From contig JBGANF010000010.1 of the NCBI GenBank assembly GCA_044222475.1, positions 43,244 through 107,243 of the forward strand: a stretch of DNA of 64,000 nt. Reading direction: 5' to 3'. Of this stretch, positions 28,345-38,499 are shown piece by piece (positions within the stretch are counted from its first letter, which is position 1; each line of letters begins with the position of its first letter). A program made the position numbers and the translations under genes. A model generated the notes under the pieces. It did no database searches. It had not been told where the DNA came from and was given only the letters and a program-made list of their open reading frames with translations. The stretch comes from Polyangiaceae bacterium (GTDB lineage: Bacteria; Myxococcota_A; Polyangia; Polyangiales; Polyangiaceae).

Positions 28345-29535
28345 ATGATTCGACTCGGCTCGCTCGTCGCCCTCTCGCTCCTCATTCCTTGTGCGGCGTG
28401 CAGCGAGTCGCCCACGCCGGCGGCGACGCCGGACGCAAGCATCGACGTCGGCGCAGACGTCGTCGTCGACGTCGCGCTCGACCGAGCCATCGTCGACACG
28501 GGCCCCGACGCGCCGGATGCGGCCAAAGCTCCAACGCGGCTCTTCGTCGCCCACGGGACCGGCGTCCTCGTGTGGAACGACGCGACCACGCTCGTCGCCG
28601 CCGCGCCGCCCACCACCACCCTCACCGATCCTTCGGTGGCGAGTGGCACGAACGGCCTGGCGCTCCTCGGCTCGCGGCTGTTCGTGCTCGCGACGACGAA
28701 CCCGGGATCGCTCGTGGGCTTCGACGCCGCGAGCACCGTCGCCGGAGCAGCCGCGCCCGCGTTCGTGATCCCCGGCTCGGCGTTCTTCAACGGATCGACC
28801 GGAGCTCAGCGCATCTATGTGGACGGCGCGAGCGACACGGCGTGGACGAGCAGCTACTTGCAAGGCGCCCAGCTCCTCACTGGAGCGTCGACCCTCACGT
28901 CGGCTTCGGCGCCGAAGGCCGTGTTCAACCACGTCGCCCAGCAGGTCCCGGGCGTCGCGTACGACGCCATCGGAGATCGTCTCTTCCTCGGTCAAGCCAC
29001 CAACATCGGCCTGCTCACGTGGAACGCGGCGAAAACGAAGACCGGTACGCCGACAAACGACTTCGCCACGCTCGGCTTCGCACCGCTCTCGCTCGCGCTC
29101 GCCCAGGACCGCCTCTATGGAGGAGGCAACCTCGCGACCGACGCAGGGTCGGTGCCCGCAGTCGCCATCTGGACGAACGTGTCCACGTTTTCGGCGCCGA
29201 AGCCACCCGCGGTGACGCTGCGGACGGCAGCGACGATCAACGCGACGGTGAAGGAGGTCTCGGTGTCGAACGACGTGCTCGTCGTCGCCCTCCAGAACGA
29301 CGAGGTGAGACTCTACGTCGGTGCCGCGTCGCTCGCGACCGACACTGCACCTTCCGCCACCGTGAAGGGCAATTTCACGGGGGTGAAGCGGGCGCTGCTC
29401 TCCAAAACGAAGCGCCTGTTCGTGCTCGATGGGGAGGGCGTCGCGATCTTCGACTCCGCGACCACGACCCCCACCTTCGTGACGAAGCTGAAGCCCGCGA
29501 GCGGCTCGGTTTGGGACTTCACACTGTTGGAGTGA
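28345..29535 (+). CDS. Hypothetical lipoprotein, beta-propeller-like
   Basis: Lipobox CAAC; repeated RLFV...V.W...A blades. Confidence 0.65.
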   Translation: MIRLGSLVALSLLIPCAACSESPTPAATPDASIDVGADVVVDVALDRAIVDTGPDAPDAAKAPTRLFVAHGTGVLVWNDATTLVAAAPPTTTLTDPSVASGTNGLALLGSRLFVLATTNPGSLVGFDAASTVAGAAAPAFVIPGSAFFNGSTGAQRIYVDGASDTAWTSSYLQGAQLLTGASTLTSASAPKAVFNHVAQQVPGVAYDAIGDRLFLGQATNIGLLTWNAAKTKTGTPTNDFATLGFAPLSLALAQDRLYGGGNLATDAGSVPAVAIWTNVSTFSAPKPPAVTLRTAATINATVKEVSVSNDVLVVALQNDEVRLYVGAASLATDTAPSATVKGNFTGVKRALLSKTKRLFVLDGEGVAIFDSATTTPTFVTKLKPASGSVWDFTLLE

Positions 29536-29541
29536 CCACCG

Positions 29542-30408
29542 TCACGGTTGCAGCTCGTAGCGGTGCTCTCGCACCCACGAGCCGAGGAAGCGCGCGTACG
29601 CGGTTGGGACCGCGAGCACGATCATCGAGCTGAGCGCCGTCCACACGAACGGGATCGCGATGCCGAGCACCGCGATCCTCTCGCACGCGACGTAGATCAG
29701 AGACACGAGGACCAGCACCGGCGCGCTCGCGAATGCCATCACGGCATACGGGCGCCCGATCGAGAGGCCCAACGCGATCGCCGGCCACGGGTTCACGATG
29801 CGCCGGAAAGGCACTCGATGCGCGGCGAGGATCAACCCCGCCGGCAGGTAGTAGGCCGTCCAGAGAAGACCAAAGGGGATCGCGAGATCGACCTCGGCGA
29901 GGTCGGCGATCGTGAGCGGCAAGGTCGCGATGATCTGAACGAGGATCACGCGAAACCACGGCCCGACGATGTCACCCACCTCGACGAAGTCGGGCGGAGT
30001 CCACACGTCCTTGCCGTCGGCCGTCTGGCGGAGGATCTGAGCGAGGTAAATGACTGCGACGCCGCCGACGATCGGTGACGCCATCAGCGGCAGGATGCTC
30101 ACGAGCGCGCACGCGATGCCGGTCGCGAGGAGGCCGAGAAGCGTGCCGCGGTGGGCGAGGAACTTCGCGGAGTCGATCGCGATCTCGAGGAGCGTCCGGC
30201 TCTCCATCGAGTGCTCGCGCTTCAACGCCATGCCGCAGTGCGGACACGTCGCGATCGTCTTCGCGGTCGCGGCCATCCCGGGCACCGCGACGAGCTTCGC
30301 TTCCGCTTCCTCGACGTACCGATCGCAGCGCTCGCACCGGTAGGCGCCGTCCCCGTCGTTTCGCTGCGATGCCTCGCGGATCACCGGTTCGGTCGGGGCC
30401 ACCCTCAC
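29542..30408 (-). CDS. Membrane protein with N-terminal zinc ribbon
   Basis: CERC...CPHCG followed by about six hydrophobic segments. Confidence 0.65.
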   Translation of the reverse strand: MRVAPTEPVIREASQRNDGDGAYRCERCDRYVEEAEAKLVAVPGMAATAKTIATCPHCGMALKREHSMESRTLLEIAIDSAKFLAHRGTLLGLLATGIACALVSILPLMASPIVGGVAVIYLAQILRQTADGKDVWTPPDFVEVGDIVGPWFRVILVQIIATLPLTIADLAEVDLAIPFGLLWTAYYLPAGLILAAHRVPFRRIVNPWPAIALGLSIGRPYAVMAFASAPVLVLVSLIYVACERIAVLGIAIPFVWTALSSMIVLAVPTAYARFLGSWVREHRYELQP

Positions 30409-30500
30409 CGTTCCAGATTATCCGGTTTTCCGGCCACACTGGAAACGCGCTCCAAGCTCCTTGCGCCGCGCCCATCTACCGATCCACAGTGTGCTCGTTC

Positions 30501-30899
30501 ATGCGGAGCGCTTTCCGGATCGTCTTTGCGGTGCTCACCGCCACGCTGGTCTTCATGTCGGCCGCGTGGTTCGGTGCCCGCGATGCGCACGCCGCCGCCC
30601 CGCAGTGCGACGAGCGCGGCGCGACGACCTTCGCAAAGAACCCGCTCCTCGACGCGACGACCGCGTCGATCGACATCGGTGAGGACTGCAGCATTCCGGT
30701 CCCCGGCATCGACGACCGCGCCTACGAAGAGGGTCGCGGCTCGATGCCCGATCTCGGCGGCAGCGTCCCGCAGTCCATCCTCCCGTCCCACACGGGTACG
30801 GCCAGCGCGCCCTGCATGCTTCTTCCGTGGGCCCCCTCCCAGGACCCTCACGGTCCCGGTGGTGTCCTCTCCACGGTCGATCGCCCGCCTCGAAGCTGA
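30501..30899 (+). CDS. Exported small protein / candidate leader (arrest) peptide upstream of the DsbA genes
   Basis: Signal peptide ending AHA; three Cys; low-complexity body; C-terminal DRPPRS. Confidence 0.6.
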   Translation: MRSAFRIVFAVLTATLVFMSAAWFGARDAHAAAPQCDERGATTFAKNPLLDATTASIDIGEDCSIPVPGIDDRAYEEGRGSMPDLGGSVPQSILPSHTGTASAPCMLLPWAPSQDPHGPGGVLSTVDRPPRS

Positions 30900-31036
30900 G
30901 GCGGTTCCCGATAGCGCCAAAGTGATCGCGGCCTGACGCGCCGCATCGCTCGCCCTGAGCACTCCGCGGAACAGGCGGTGCTCGCGGCGCGGGCGTGTGC
31001 TCTCTCTGTTCCTTTCTTCAAACCAGGTGAATCGAA

Positions 31037-33064
31037 ATGGCAAAGCAAGAGAAACAGGCCACCGAGCCTACGTCGGAAGGATCCGGCGGAATCAACCCCG
31101 GGGTCGCCATCATCGGCTTCCTCATGTGCTTCCTCGCGGGTGCAGCCCTCATGTGGGGCTACGACCAGAAGCGAACCAAGTCGGACATCGGCGCCGACAC
31201 CACCGCGGTCGCGAACTGGAACGACGAAGGTGCGTCGATCCCGATCTCGAGCAAGGACCCCATGTGGGGCAACCGCGACGCTCCGGTCACGATCGTCCAC
31301 TTCTCGGACTTCCAGTGCCCGTACTGCTCGAAGGTCGATCTCACGATGGACGAGATCAAGAAGGCCTACGGCAAGGACAAGGTCCGCATCATCTGGAAGA
31401 ACGAGCCGCTCTCGTTCCACCCGAACGCCAAGCCGGCCGCGGAAGCGGCGATGGGCGTGTTCGCGCTCAAGGGCAACGACGGTTTCTGGAAGTTCCACGA
31501 CACCGCGTTCCACAACCAGAGCGCGCTCTCGCGCGAGAGCTACGAGAAGTGGGCCAAGGAAGCCGGCGTCGACATGCCGAAGTTCAAGGCCGGTCTCGAC
31601 GCTCACACCTGGGCGGCCCGCGTCGACGCGGACCACGAGCTCGCGCAGAAGGTCGGCGTCAACGGAACCCCGGCGTCGTACATCAACGGCGTCGAGGTCG
31701 GTGGCGCGCAGCCCTTCGAGAAGTTCAAGTCGGTCATCGACCAGGAGCTCGCGAAGGCTCAGGCCAAGATCGCGGCGGGCACGCCGAAGGACAAGGTCTA
31801 CGTGACCATGTCGCTCGAGAACAAGAAGAACGCTCCCCCGCCCGCCGAGGCCGAGGACGATCCGCAAAACGACACGAAGACGGTCAACAAGATCGGCGTC
31901 GAGAAGAGCCCGATCAAGGGCGACTCGAACACGGCTCTCGTGACCATCATCGAGTTCTCGGACTTCCAGTGCCCGTACTGCAAGCGCGTCGAGCCGTCGC
32001 TCCAGGGCGTCGCCCAGAAGTACGGCAACAAGGTCCGCTTCGTGTGGAAGCACGAGCCGCTCCCGTTCCACCCGCGCGCAGAGCCCGCCGCTGAAGTCGC
32101 GCTCGAAGCGCGCGCGCAGAAGGGCGACAAGGGCTTCTGGGACATGCACGACCTTCTGTTTGGCCCGATGGGCGCGGATCCGAACCGCCCCGACGCGGCC
32201 AAGCTCGAGGACGCGGACTTCGAGGGCTACGCGAAGCAGCTCGGCCTCGACGTCGAGAAGGTGAAGACCGCGATCAAGACGCACAAGTACAAGGCCGAGA
32301 TCGACGCCGATCAGGACCAGGCCGAAGACTTCGGCGCGTCCGGTACGCCGCACTTCTTCATCAACGGCCGCCGCCTCGTCGGTGCGCAGCCGCAGTCGGC
32401 GTTCGAGAAGATCATCGACGAGGAGATCAAGAAGGCTCAGGACCTGCTCGCCAAGGGCACGTCGCAGGCCGACCTCTACTCGACGCTGATCAAGGACGGC
32501 AAGGGCCCGGCGGCTCCGGAGAAGAAGACCATCGCTGCGTCGGCGAACGCGCCGGCGAAGGGTGCGCTCGGCTCGAAGGTCACCGTGACCATCATCTCCG
32601 ACTTCCAGTGCCCGTACTGCAAGATGGTCGAAGAGACGCTCACCGAGGTCTACAAGAACTACGGCACCAAGGTGAAGTTCGTCTGGCGCAACAAGCCGCT
32701 CCCGATGCACCCGGATGCACCGCTCGCCGCGGAAGCGGCGCTCGAGGCGTTCAAGCAGAAGGGCAACGACGGCTTTTGGAAGTATCACGACAAGCTCTTC
32801 GCGGCCCAAGGGCAGCAGGACGGGCTCAAGCGTGAGAACCTCGAGAAGATCGCGCAGGAGCAGGGGCTCGACATGGCCAAGTTCAAGGCCTCGCTCGACA
32901 ACCACTCGCACAAGGCCGAAGTCGACGCGGACGCGAAGGCGGCGGACGACGCGGGCATCGGCGGAACGCCGGCGTTCGTCGTCAACGGCTACTTCGTGAA
33001 CGGCGCGCAGCCGTACGGGAAGTTCCGCAAGGTCATCGAGCTGGCGCTCGCCGAAGCGAAGTGA
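31037..33064 (+). CDS. Membrane-anchored protein with three DsbA/thioredoxin domains
   Basis: N-terminal TM; three DFQCPYC motifs, each with a GTP cis-Pro loop and GAQP. Confidence 0.92.
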   Translation: MAKQEKQATEPTSEGSGGINPGVAIIGFLMCFLAGAALMWGYDQKRTKSDIGADTTAVANWNDEGASIPISSKDPMWGNRDAPVTIVHFSDFQCPYCSKVDLTMDEIKKAYGKDKVRIIWKNEPLSFHPNAKPAAEAAMGVFALKGNDGFWKFHDTAFHNQSALSRESYEKWAKEAGVDMPKFKAGLDAHTWAARVDADHELAQKVGVNGTPASYINGVEVGGAQPFEKFKSVIDQELAKAQAKIAAGTPKDKVYVTMSLENKKNAPPPAEAEDDPQNDTKTVNKIGVEKSPIKGDSNTALVTIIEFSDFQCPYCKRVEPSLQGVAQKYGNKVRFVWKHEPLPFHPRAEPAAEVALEARAQKGDKGFWDMHDLLFGPMGADPNRPDAAKLEDADFEGYAKQLGLDVEKVKTAIKTHKYKAEIDADQDQAEDFGASGTPHFFINGRRLVGAQPQSAFEKIIDEEIKKAQDLLAKGTSQADLYSTLIKDGKGPAAPEKKTIAASANAPAKGALGSKVTVTIISDFQCPYCKMVEETLTEVYKNYGTKVKFVWRNKPLPMHPDAPLAAEAALEAFKQKGNDGFWKYHDKLFAAQGQQDGLKRENLEKIAQEQGLDMAKFKASLDNHSHKAEVDADAKAADDAGIGGTPAFVVNGYFVNGAQPYGKFRKVIELALAEAK

Positions 33065-33126
33065 CGCGCTTCGTGACACCCGAAGGGGTGAGCTAGCCAG
33101 GAATGGGACGCGAAAGCGTCTCGCCG

Positions 33127-33162
33127 AACGCCCCGCGGGAAACCGCGGGGCGTTTTGCGTTT
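33127..33162 (+). terminator. Intrinsic terminator
   Basis: AACGCCCCGCGG-GAAA-CCGCGGGGCGTT followed by TTGCGTTT. Confidence 0.75.
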
Positions 33163-33224
33163 GTGCGCCGCCGATGCTGCGACGCGCTGACCATGTGCCC
33201 CGAAGTCTGCTACGCCTTTCCCCC

Positions 33225-35189
33225 GTGAAGTCGGCTCGTTCTCTCGCTCTCGCGCTCCTCGGCCTGCTCGTGTTCCTCGTCGCTTGCGGCGGCGGAACGA
33301 ACCGGCCCGAACCGGCGATCGCGCTGCCCGTCGTCCACGGCGACGCCGTCGGCAACGTGCCGAAGGCCCCGCTCGGGTCGTCCGAAGCCGACGCCGCGGT
33401 TCCGATCGACGACGATGATCCCGTCTTGGGATCACGCCAGGCGCTCGTCACCATCGTCGAGTTCACCGACTTCCAGTGCCCGTTCTGCGGCAAGGCCTAC
33501 CTGACGCTGGAGAGGCTCGTCCGTGAGTACGGCCCCGACACGCTCCGCGTGGTCTTCAAAAACGAGCCCCTCCCGTTCCACCCGATGGCCAAGCCCGCCG
33601 CGGAAGCGGGCATCGCGATCCACGAGCGAGTCGGCGCGGACGCGTTCTGGCGCTACTACCGCCTCGTCTTCGAGAACCAAGCAACCCTCACCGACGCCAA
33701 CATCGAGGCGTGGGCGTCGCAAGTCGGGCTCCCGCCGAACGTACTCCACGACGCGATGCACACCCCGCGCGTCACCACGAAGCTCGAGCGCGATCACTCC
33801 GTCGCCGAGGCGGTCGGCGTGAACGGCACCCCCGCGTTCTTCGTCAACGGCATCTCGCTCATGGGCGCGCAGCCCTACGAGAGATTCAAAGAGACGATCG
33901 ACGCCGCGATCGTGAACGCCAAGGACGTGCTCGCGAAGGGCACCGACAAGGACAAGCTCTACCGCACCGTCGCGGCGGCGAACTTCAAGAAGGCCCCCGA
34001 CGACGACGACGACGACGCGCCCGACACCACCGTGTGGAAGGCCACCGTCGGCACGAGCCCGGCGAAGGGTCCGGCGACGGCGCCGGTCACGATGCTCGTC
34101 TTCAGCGACTTCCAGTGCCCCTTCTGCAAGAAGGTCGAGCCGACGCTCAAGGCGCTCCAGGTCAAGTACGGGAACGACCTGCGCATGGTGTGGAAGAATT
34201 ACCCGCTCGACTTCCACCCGCGCGCGATCCCGGCGGCCATGCTCGCCCTCGAAGCCCGCGCCGAGAAGGGTGACGCGGCGTTCTGGGACGCGCACGATCG
34301 CCTCTTCGCCTCCGCCGACCTCGACGACCCGACGCTCGAAGCGATCGGCAAGGCGCTCGGGCTCGACGACAAGAAGCTCAAGGACGCGATCGCGAAGAAG
34401 AAGTACCAGTCGGTCATCGACGCCGATCAAGACCTCGGCGACGACGTCAACGTGAACGGCACGCCGCACTTCCTCATCAACGGGCGCTCCCTCGGCGGCA
34501 ACCAGCCGCTGCAGAAGTTCATCGCGCTCATCGACGAAGAGATGGGCAAGGCCAAGGCGAAGATCGCCGCCGGCATCACCGCGCAGGACTACTACGCGGA
34601 CCTCATGAAGGGCGCGCAGACGGTCCCCGGCCCCACCAAGGTCACGGTGCCCGCTGCCCCGTCGGCGCCGGTTCGCGGGCTCGCGAGCGCGCCGGTCACC
34701 GTCGTCGCGTACGGCGGCTACCAAGACCCCTACTCGCAGAAGGCGAACCAGACGCTGAAGGACCTCCTCGCCGCGTACCCCGGCAAGGTGAAGATCCAGT
34801 GGCGCCACGATCCCCTGGCGATGCACGCCCAAGGACACGCAGCAGCCGAAGCCGCGGTCGAGGCCTTCAAGGAGAAGGGCAACGACGGGTTCTGGAAGTT
34901 CCACGACCTCATGATGGCCAAGGACGGACCCGGCCTCGAGCGCAGCGCGCTCGACGGCTACGCGAAGACGGTCGGCCTCGATCCGAAGCGCTTCGCGACC
35001 GCGCTCGACACCGCCGCCAACGCGAGCGCGGTCGACGCCGACATCGCCACGGCCAAGACCCTCGGGTTCAGCGGAACTCCGCAGTTCTACGTGAACGGCT
35101 ATCCGATCGCCGGCGCGCAGGCGTACCGGAAGTTCCGCCGCCTCGTCGATCGCGCGCTCGCCGACGCCGCGCCGGGGAAGAAACCTTGA
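33225..35189 (+). CDS. Lipoprotein with three DsbA-like domains (third lacks CxxC)
   Basis: Lipobox LVAC; two DFQCPFC motifs; third domain reads GYQDPYS; start may be 33174. Confidence 0.9.
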   Translation: MKSARSLALALLGLLVFLVACGGGTNRPEPAIALPVVHGDAVGNVPKAPLGSSEADAAVPIDDDDPVLGSRQALVTIVEFTDFQCPFCGKAYLTLERLVREYGPDTLRVVFKNEPLPFHPMAKPAAEAGIAIHERVGADAFWRYYRLVFENQATLTDANIEAWASQVGLPPNVLHDAMHTPRVTTKLERDHSVAEAVGVNGTPAFFVNGISLMGAQPYERFKETIDAAIVNAKDVLAKGTDKDKLYRTVAAANFKKAPDDDDDDAPDTTVWKATVGTSPAKGPATAPVTMLVFSDFQCPFCKKVEPTLKALQVKYGNDLRMVWKNYPLDFHPRAIPAAMLALEARAEKGDAAFWDAHDRLFASADLDDPTLEAIGKALGLDDKKLKDAIAKKKYQSVIDADQDLGDDVNVNGTPHFLINGRSLGGNQPLQKFIALIDEEMGKAKAKIAAGITAQDYYADLMKGAQTVPGPTKVTVPAAPSAPVRGLASAPVTVVAYGGYQDPYSQKANQTLKDLLAAYPGKVKIQWRHDPLAMHAQGHAAAEAAVEAFKEKGNDGFWKFHDLMMAKDGPGLERSALDGYAKTVGLDPKRFATALDTAANASAVDADIATAKTLGFSGTPQFYVNGYPIAGAQAYRKFRRLVDRALADAAPGKKP

Positions 35190-35209
35190 CCCTGGCTGCT
35201 TCTCCGCTC

Positions 35210-35767
35210 GTGAAACGCGCTTCGATCGCGATCGCGACGCTCGGCGCGGCGCTGTGCTTCTGCGCGGACGCGGGCGCGTTCGAGCGCCAGCACCACCTCG
35301 GCATCGAGGGCGGCTTCGGCATGCTGAAGGTCGCCGGCAAAGACACGCTCGATCTCGGCGCCGGCCCGCAGCTCCACTACGCGTACGGCATCACCGACGC
35401 GTTCAACTTCCTCGTCGAGGGCGGCTACTTCCAGGTGGCGCTCGAAGAGGCGTCGGGCGCGAAGATCCCCGCGAACCGCCCGACCGGTGTCTCCAACCTC
35501 GGCGTCGGCATCGCGTACGTCCTCGACGTCGTGCGCTGGGTTCCCTACGGCGGGATCCTCGCCGATGGGTACCTCTTCACCGGCGGCAACCTCGAGAACC
35601 CGCGCTTCGCAGCTGGTCTCGCGCTCGCGCTCGGGCTCGACTACCAATTCTCGCGCAACTTCGCGATGGGCTTCGCGTTCCGCCAGCACTTCGCGTTGAG
35701 CGCGATCACCGACTATCCGTCGTACTCGCAGTTCTTCCTTCGCGCCGAATACGTATGGGGGTGGTGA
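35210..35767 (+). CDS. Outer-membrane beta-barrel protein
   Basis: Signal peptide; alternating amphipathic strands; PYGG motif; aromatic C-terminus AEYVWGW. Confidence 0.7.
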   Translation: MKRASIAIATLGAALCFCADAGAFERQHHLGIEGGFGMLKVAGKDTLDLGAGPQLHYAYGITDAFNFLVEGGYFQVALEEASGAKIPANRPTGVSNLGVGIAYVLDVVRWVPYGGILADGYLFTGGNLENPRFAAGLALALGLDYQFSRNFAMGFAFRQHFALSAITDYPSYSQFFLRAEYVWGW

Positions 35768-36204
35768 TGCGATCCTGGACGTTGCTCTCGGTGCTGCTCG
35801 TCGCGACCTTGACCGCCTGCCCCGGAGCCAAGTCCCCGAGCGGCAAGGTGTCGGCCGAGTTCGATCCCGCGTCGATCACGATGCGTACCGGCAGCCACCA
35901 GAGCGCGTCGCTCAAGATCACGAACGGCACCGATCAGCCGCAGAAGATCAACACGTACCTCCTCGAGAACGCGACGCTCGAGCTCATCGTGACCGCGAGC
36001 GACGGAAAACGGATGCCGTCGCTGTCGCCGCCGGTCCCTCCCCTCGAGTTCTCCCCGAGCGACTTCACGACGATCGCGCCGGGCGCCGACTACCGCGTGA
36101 ACCTGGCGCTCTACGATTTCAGCCCGCCGCTTCCGCCGGGGACGTACGCGCTCTCGGTGAAGGACTACCCCGAGGCGAAGGGGACGCTCGTGGTGGAGCC
36201 GTAA
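35767..36204 (+). CDS. Hypothetical lipoprotein (Ig-like)
   Basis: TGATG coupling to the upstream gene; lipobox LTAC; TIAPG and LPPGTY motifs. Confidence 0.65.
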   Translation: MRSWTLLSVLLVATLTACPGAKSPSGKVSAEFDPASITMRTGSHQSASLKITNGTDQPQKINTYLLENATLELIVTASDGKRMPSLSPPVPPLEFSPSDFTTIAPGADYRVNLALYDFSPPLPPGTYALSVKDYPEAKGTLVVEP

Positions 36205-36300
36205 ACGTTGACGATGACGTGACTGCACCCGCGGTCCTGGTTGTGCCATTCCCGACCGGCGTGGCACACCGCGAAACCCCGGGAATCAGGCCGGATCGCG

Positions 36301-36316
36301 TGGCACGGCGCCTGCT
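36301..36316 (+). promoter_or_regulatory. Possible sigma54 promoter
   Basis: TGGCACGGCGCCTGCT (GG-N10-GC); upstream GTGCCA...TGGCAC inverted repeat. The predicted +1 would fall downstream of the AGGAG, so this is uncertain. Confidence 0.45.
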
Positions 36317-36329
36317 CTAGGAGCACGCC

Positions 36330-38486
36330 ATGAAGACCCGACTTGGCTTGATCGTAGGCATCTCCACCCTCACCACCGTCCTCGGCGGTTGCTCCAGCAA
36401 ACCGGACGTCTCCGGCATGGTCCAGGCGCGCCTCGAGCGCGCTTCGAGCTGCCAGAACCTCGAAGCGATGCTCAAGGCCGACGCAAAGGCGAAGCTCAAC
36501 GCCTTCATCGACGGGCAGATCGAGTCGCTGCACCACCGGAGCTCCGGCGGCGTGATGTACGACGCCGCTGCCACCCCCGGCTCGCAGTCGACGAACGCAT
36601 CGAAACCGGCCGACCGAGCATCGACGTACTCGAAGACCAACACCCAGGTCGACGGCGTCGACGAAGCCGACATCGTCAAGAACGACGACAAGTACATCTA
36701 CGTGCTGCACGGGAGCACGCTCCAGATCATCGACGCGTTCCCCGCCGACAAGATGCAGAGGTCGAACACTGCCACGATCGACGGCACGCCGAGCGAGATG
36801 TTCGTGTCCGGCAACAAGGTCGTCGTGTTCTCGACGGTGAGCGGCGGTCCGGTGTTCGCCGCCGCTGGGGTCGCGCGCAAGCCACGGTACGGCTATTACG
36901 GCGGTGGCTGGTGGGGCGGCGGGTTCGCGGGACCGATGTGCATGGGCTACGGGTGCGGGAGCTGGGTCTCGGATCCGATCACGAAGGTCACCGTGTTGTC
37001 CCTCGATGGGACGACCCCCTCCCTGGTGAGCGTCGCGCGCGAGCTCTACTTCGAGGGCTCCTACGTCTCGTCACGCCGCATCGGCTCCAAGGTCCGCGCC
37101 ATCACGAGCGGCGGCGCGTACGCCCCCGAGCTCGAGTACTGGCCCCAGGATCCGGGCCTCGACTGGAGCGACACGAGCGACGTCGAGGACGCGTACGAGC
37201 GCGTGCGCGCCCGCGACCTCGCGAAGATCGACGCGTCGACGTGGCAGGACTGGGTCCCGGCGCGGCTCGAGAAGAACGGGGCCAAGGTCACCGCCCAGAC
37301 GGTCGCGTGCACCGACGTCCTCCTGCCGACGACCGGCTCGACGGAGTACGGCTTGTCGCAGCTCGTTTCGTTCGATCTCGACGCGCCGGCCGCCGCTCCG
37401 AGCGACCTCGCGATCGCCGGCGCCGTCGACGTCGTCTACGGCAACGACAGCACGATGATCCTCGCCCAGCGCGGCTGGCGCTCGGGCTGGTGGTGGCAGA
37501 CCGACGATCTCCCCGAAGGGTTCTCGTTCACGTACACCCACCTCCACGCGTTCGACATCGAGAGCGACCCGGCCGTACCGGCGTACGTCGGGTCGGGCAC
37601 CGTGGTCGGCACCGTCGACGATCAGTTCTCGATCGACGAGCACGCGGGGATCGTTCGCGTCTCGACCACCGAAGAGCGCGCGCAGTGGCGACCCGGCCGC
37701 GGGATGTTCGGCAGCGGCTACATGGGGTGGCAAGCGGCAGCTCACGTCTTCACCCTCCAGACCGAGAAGGGCGCGCTGACCCAGATCGGGAGCGTCGGTG
37801 ATCTCGTCGTCGACGAGCGCGTCACCGCGACGCGGTTCCTCGGCGACACGGCCTACGTCGTCACGTTCCGAAACGTCGACCCGCTCTTCGTGGTCGACAC
37901 GAAGGATCCGGCGAACCCGAAGGTGATGGGCTCGCTCACGATCCCCGGCTTCTCCGAGTACATGCAGCCGCTCGACGCGACCCACCTCCTCACGATCGGT
38001 CGCAGCGGCACGACGTCGAACCTGGCGCTCCAGATCTTCGACGTCGCCGATCCCGTGCACCCCAAGCTCGCGTCGCGCTTCGACTACGCGACCGACGGTT
38101 GGAGCGGCTCGGAAGCGGAGCAAAATCACAAGGCGTTCACCTACTACCCCGAGAAGAAGCTCCTCTCGTTCCCGCGCTGGTCCTACGACGGCGGGGGCTA
38201 CTCGTTCCGCAGCTCGGCCGAGCTCTTCCGGGTCGACGTCTCGAGCGGCATCTCGAAGATCGGCAGCGTCGACCACACGAAGCTCTTCCCGAGCTCGTTC
38301 CAGCGCGGATGGTGCAACGACTACTTCGGACCCCAGGTCCGCCGCAGCGTCTTCATGGACGACGTGATGTACTCGATCTCCTACGGCGGCATCATCGCGA
38401 CCGACACGAAGAGCCTCGGTACGGTGCGCACGCTCGGCTTCGACCGGCCGGCGCTGGAAGGCTGGTCCGTCTGCAACGCCGACTGA
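36330..38486 (+). CDS. Secreted beta-propeller domain lipoprotein (Beta_propel family)
   Basis: Lipobox LGGC; YSKTNTQVDGVDEADIVK, DQFSIDE, VTFRNVDPLF and LTIPGFSEY motifs. Confidence 0.88.
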   Translation: MKTRLGLIVGISTLTTVLGGCSSKPDVSGMVQARLERASSCQNLEAMLKADAKAKLNAFIDGQIESLHHRSSGGVMYDAAATPGSQSTNASKPADRASTYSKTNTQVDGVDEADIVKNDDKYIYVLHGSTLQIIDAFPADKMQRSNTATIDGTPSEMFVSGNKVVVFSTVSGGPVFAAAGVARKPRYGYYGGGWWGGGFAGPMCMGYGCGSWVSDPITKVTVLSLDGTTPSLVSVARELYFEGSYVSSRRIGSKVRAITSGGAYAPELEYWPQDPGLDWSDTSDVEDAYERVRARDLAKIDASTWQDWVPARLEKNGAKVTAQTVACTDVLLPTTGSTEYGLSQLVSFDLDAPAAAPSDLAIAGAVDVVYGNDSTMILAQRGWRSGWWWQTDDLPEGFSFTYTHLHAFDIESDPAVPAYVGSGTVVGTVDDQFSIDEHAGIVRVSTTEERAQWRPGRGMFGSGYMGWQAAAHVFTLQTEKGALTQIGSVGDLVVDERVTATRFLGDTAYVVTFRNVDPLFVVDTKDPANPKVMGSLTIPGFSEYMQPLDATHLLTIGRSGTTSNLALQIFDVADPVHPKLASRFDYATDGWSGSEAEQNHKAFTYYPEKKLLSFPRWSYDGGGYSFRSSAELFRVDVSSGISKIGSVDHTKLFPSSFQRGWCNDYFGPQVRRSVFMDDVMYSISYGGIIATDTKSLGTVRTLGFDRPALEGWSVCNAD

Positions 38487-38499
38487 TACGCTCCCGGCG

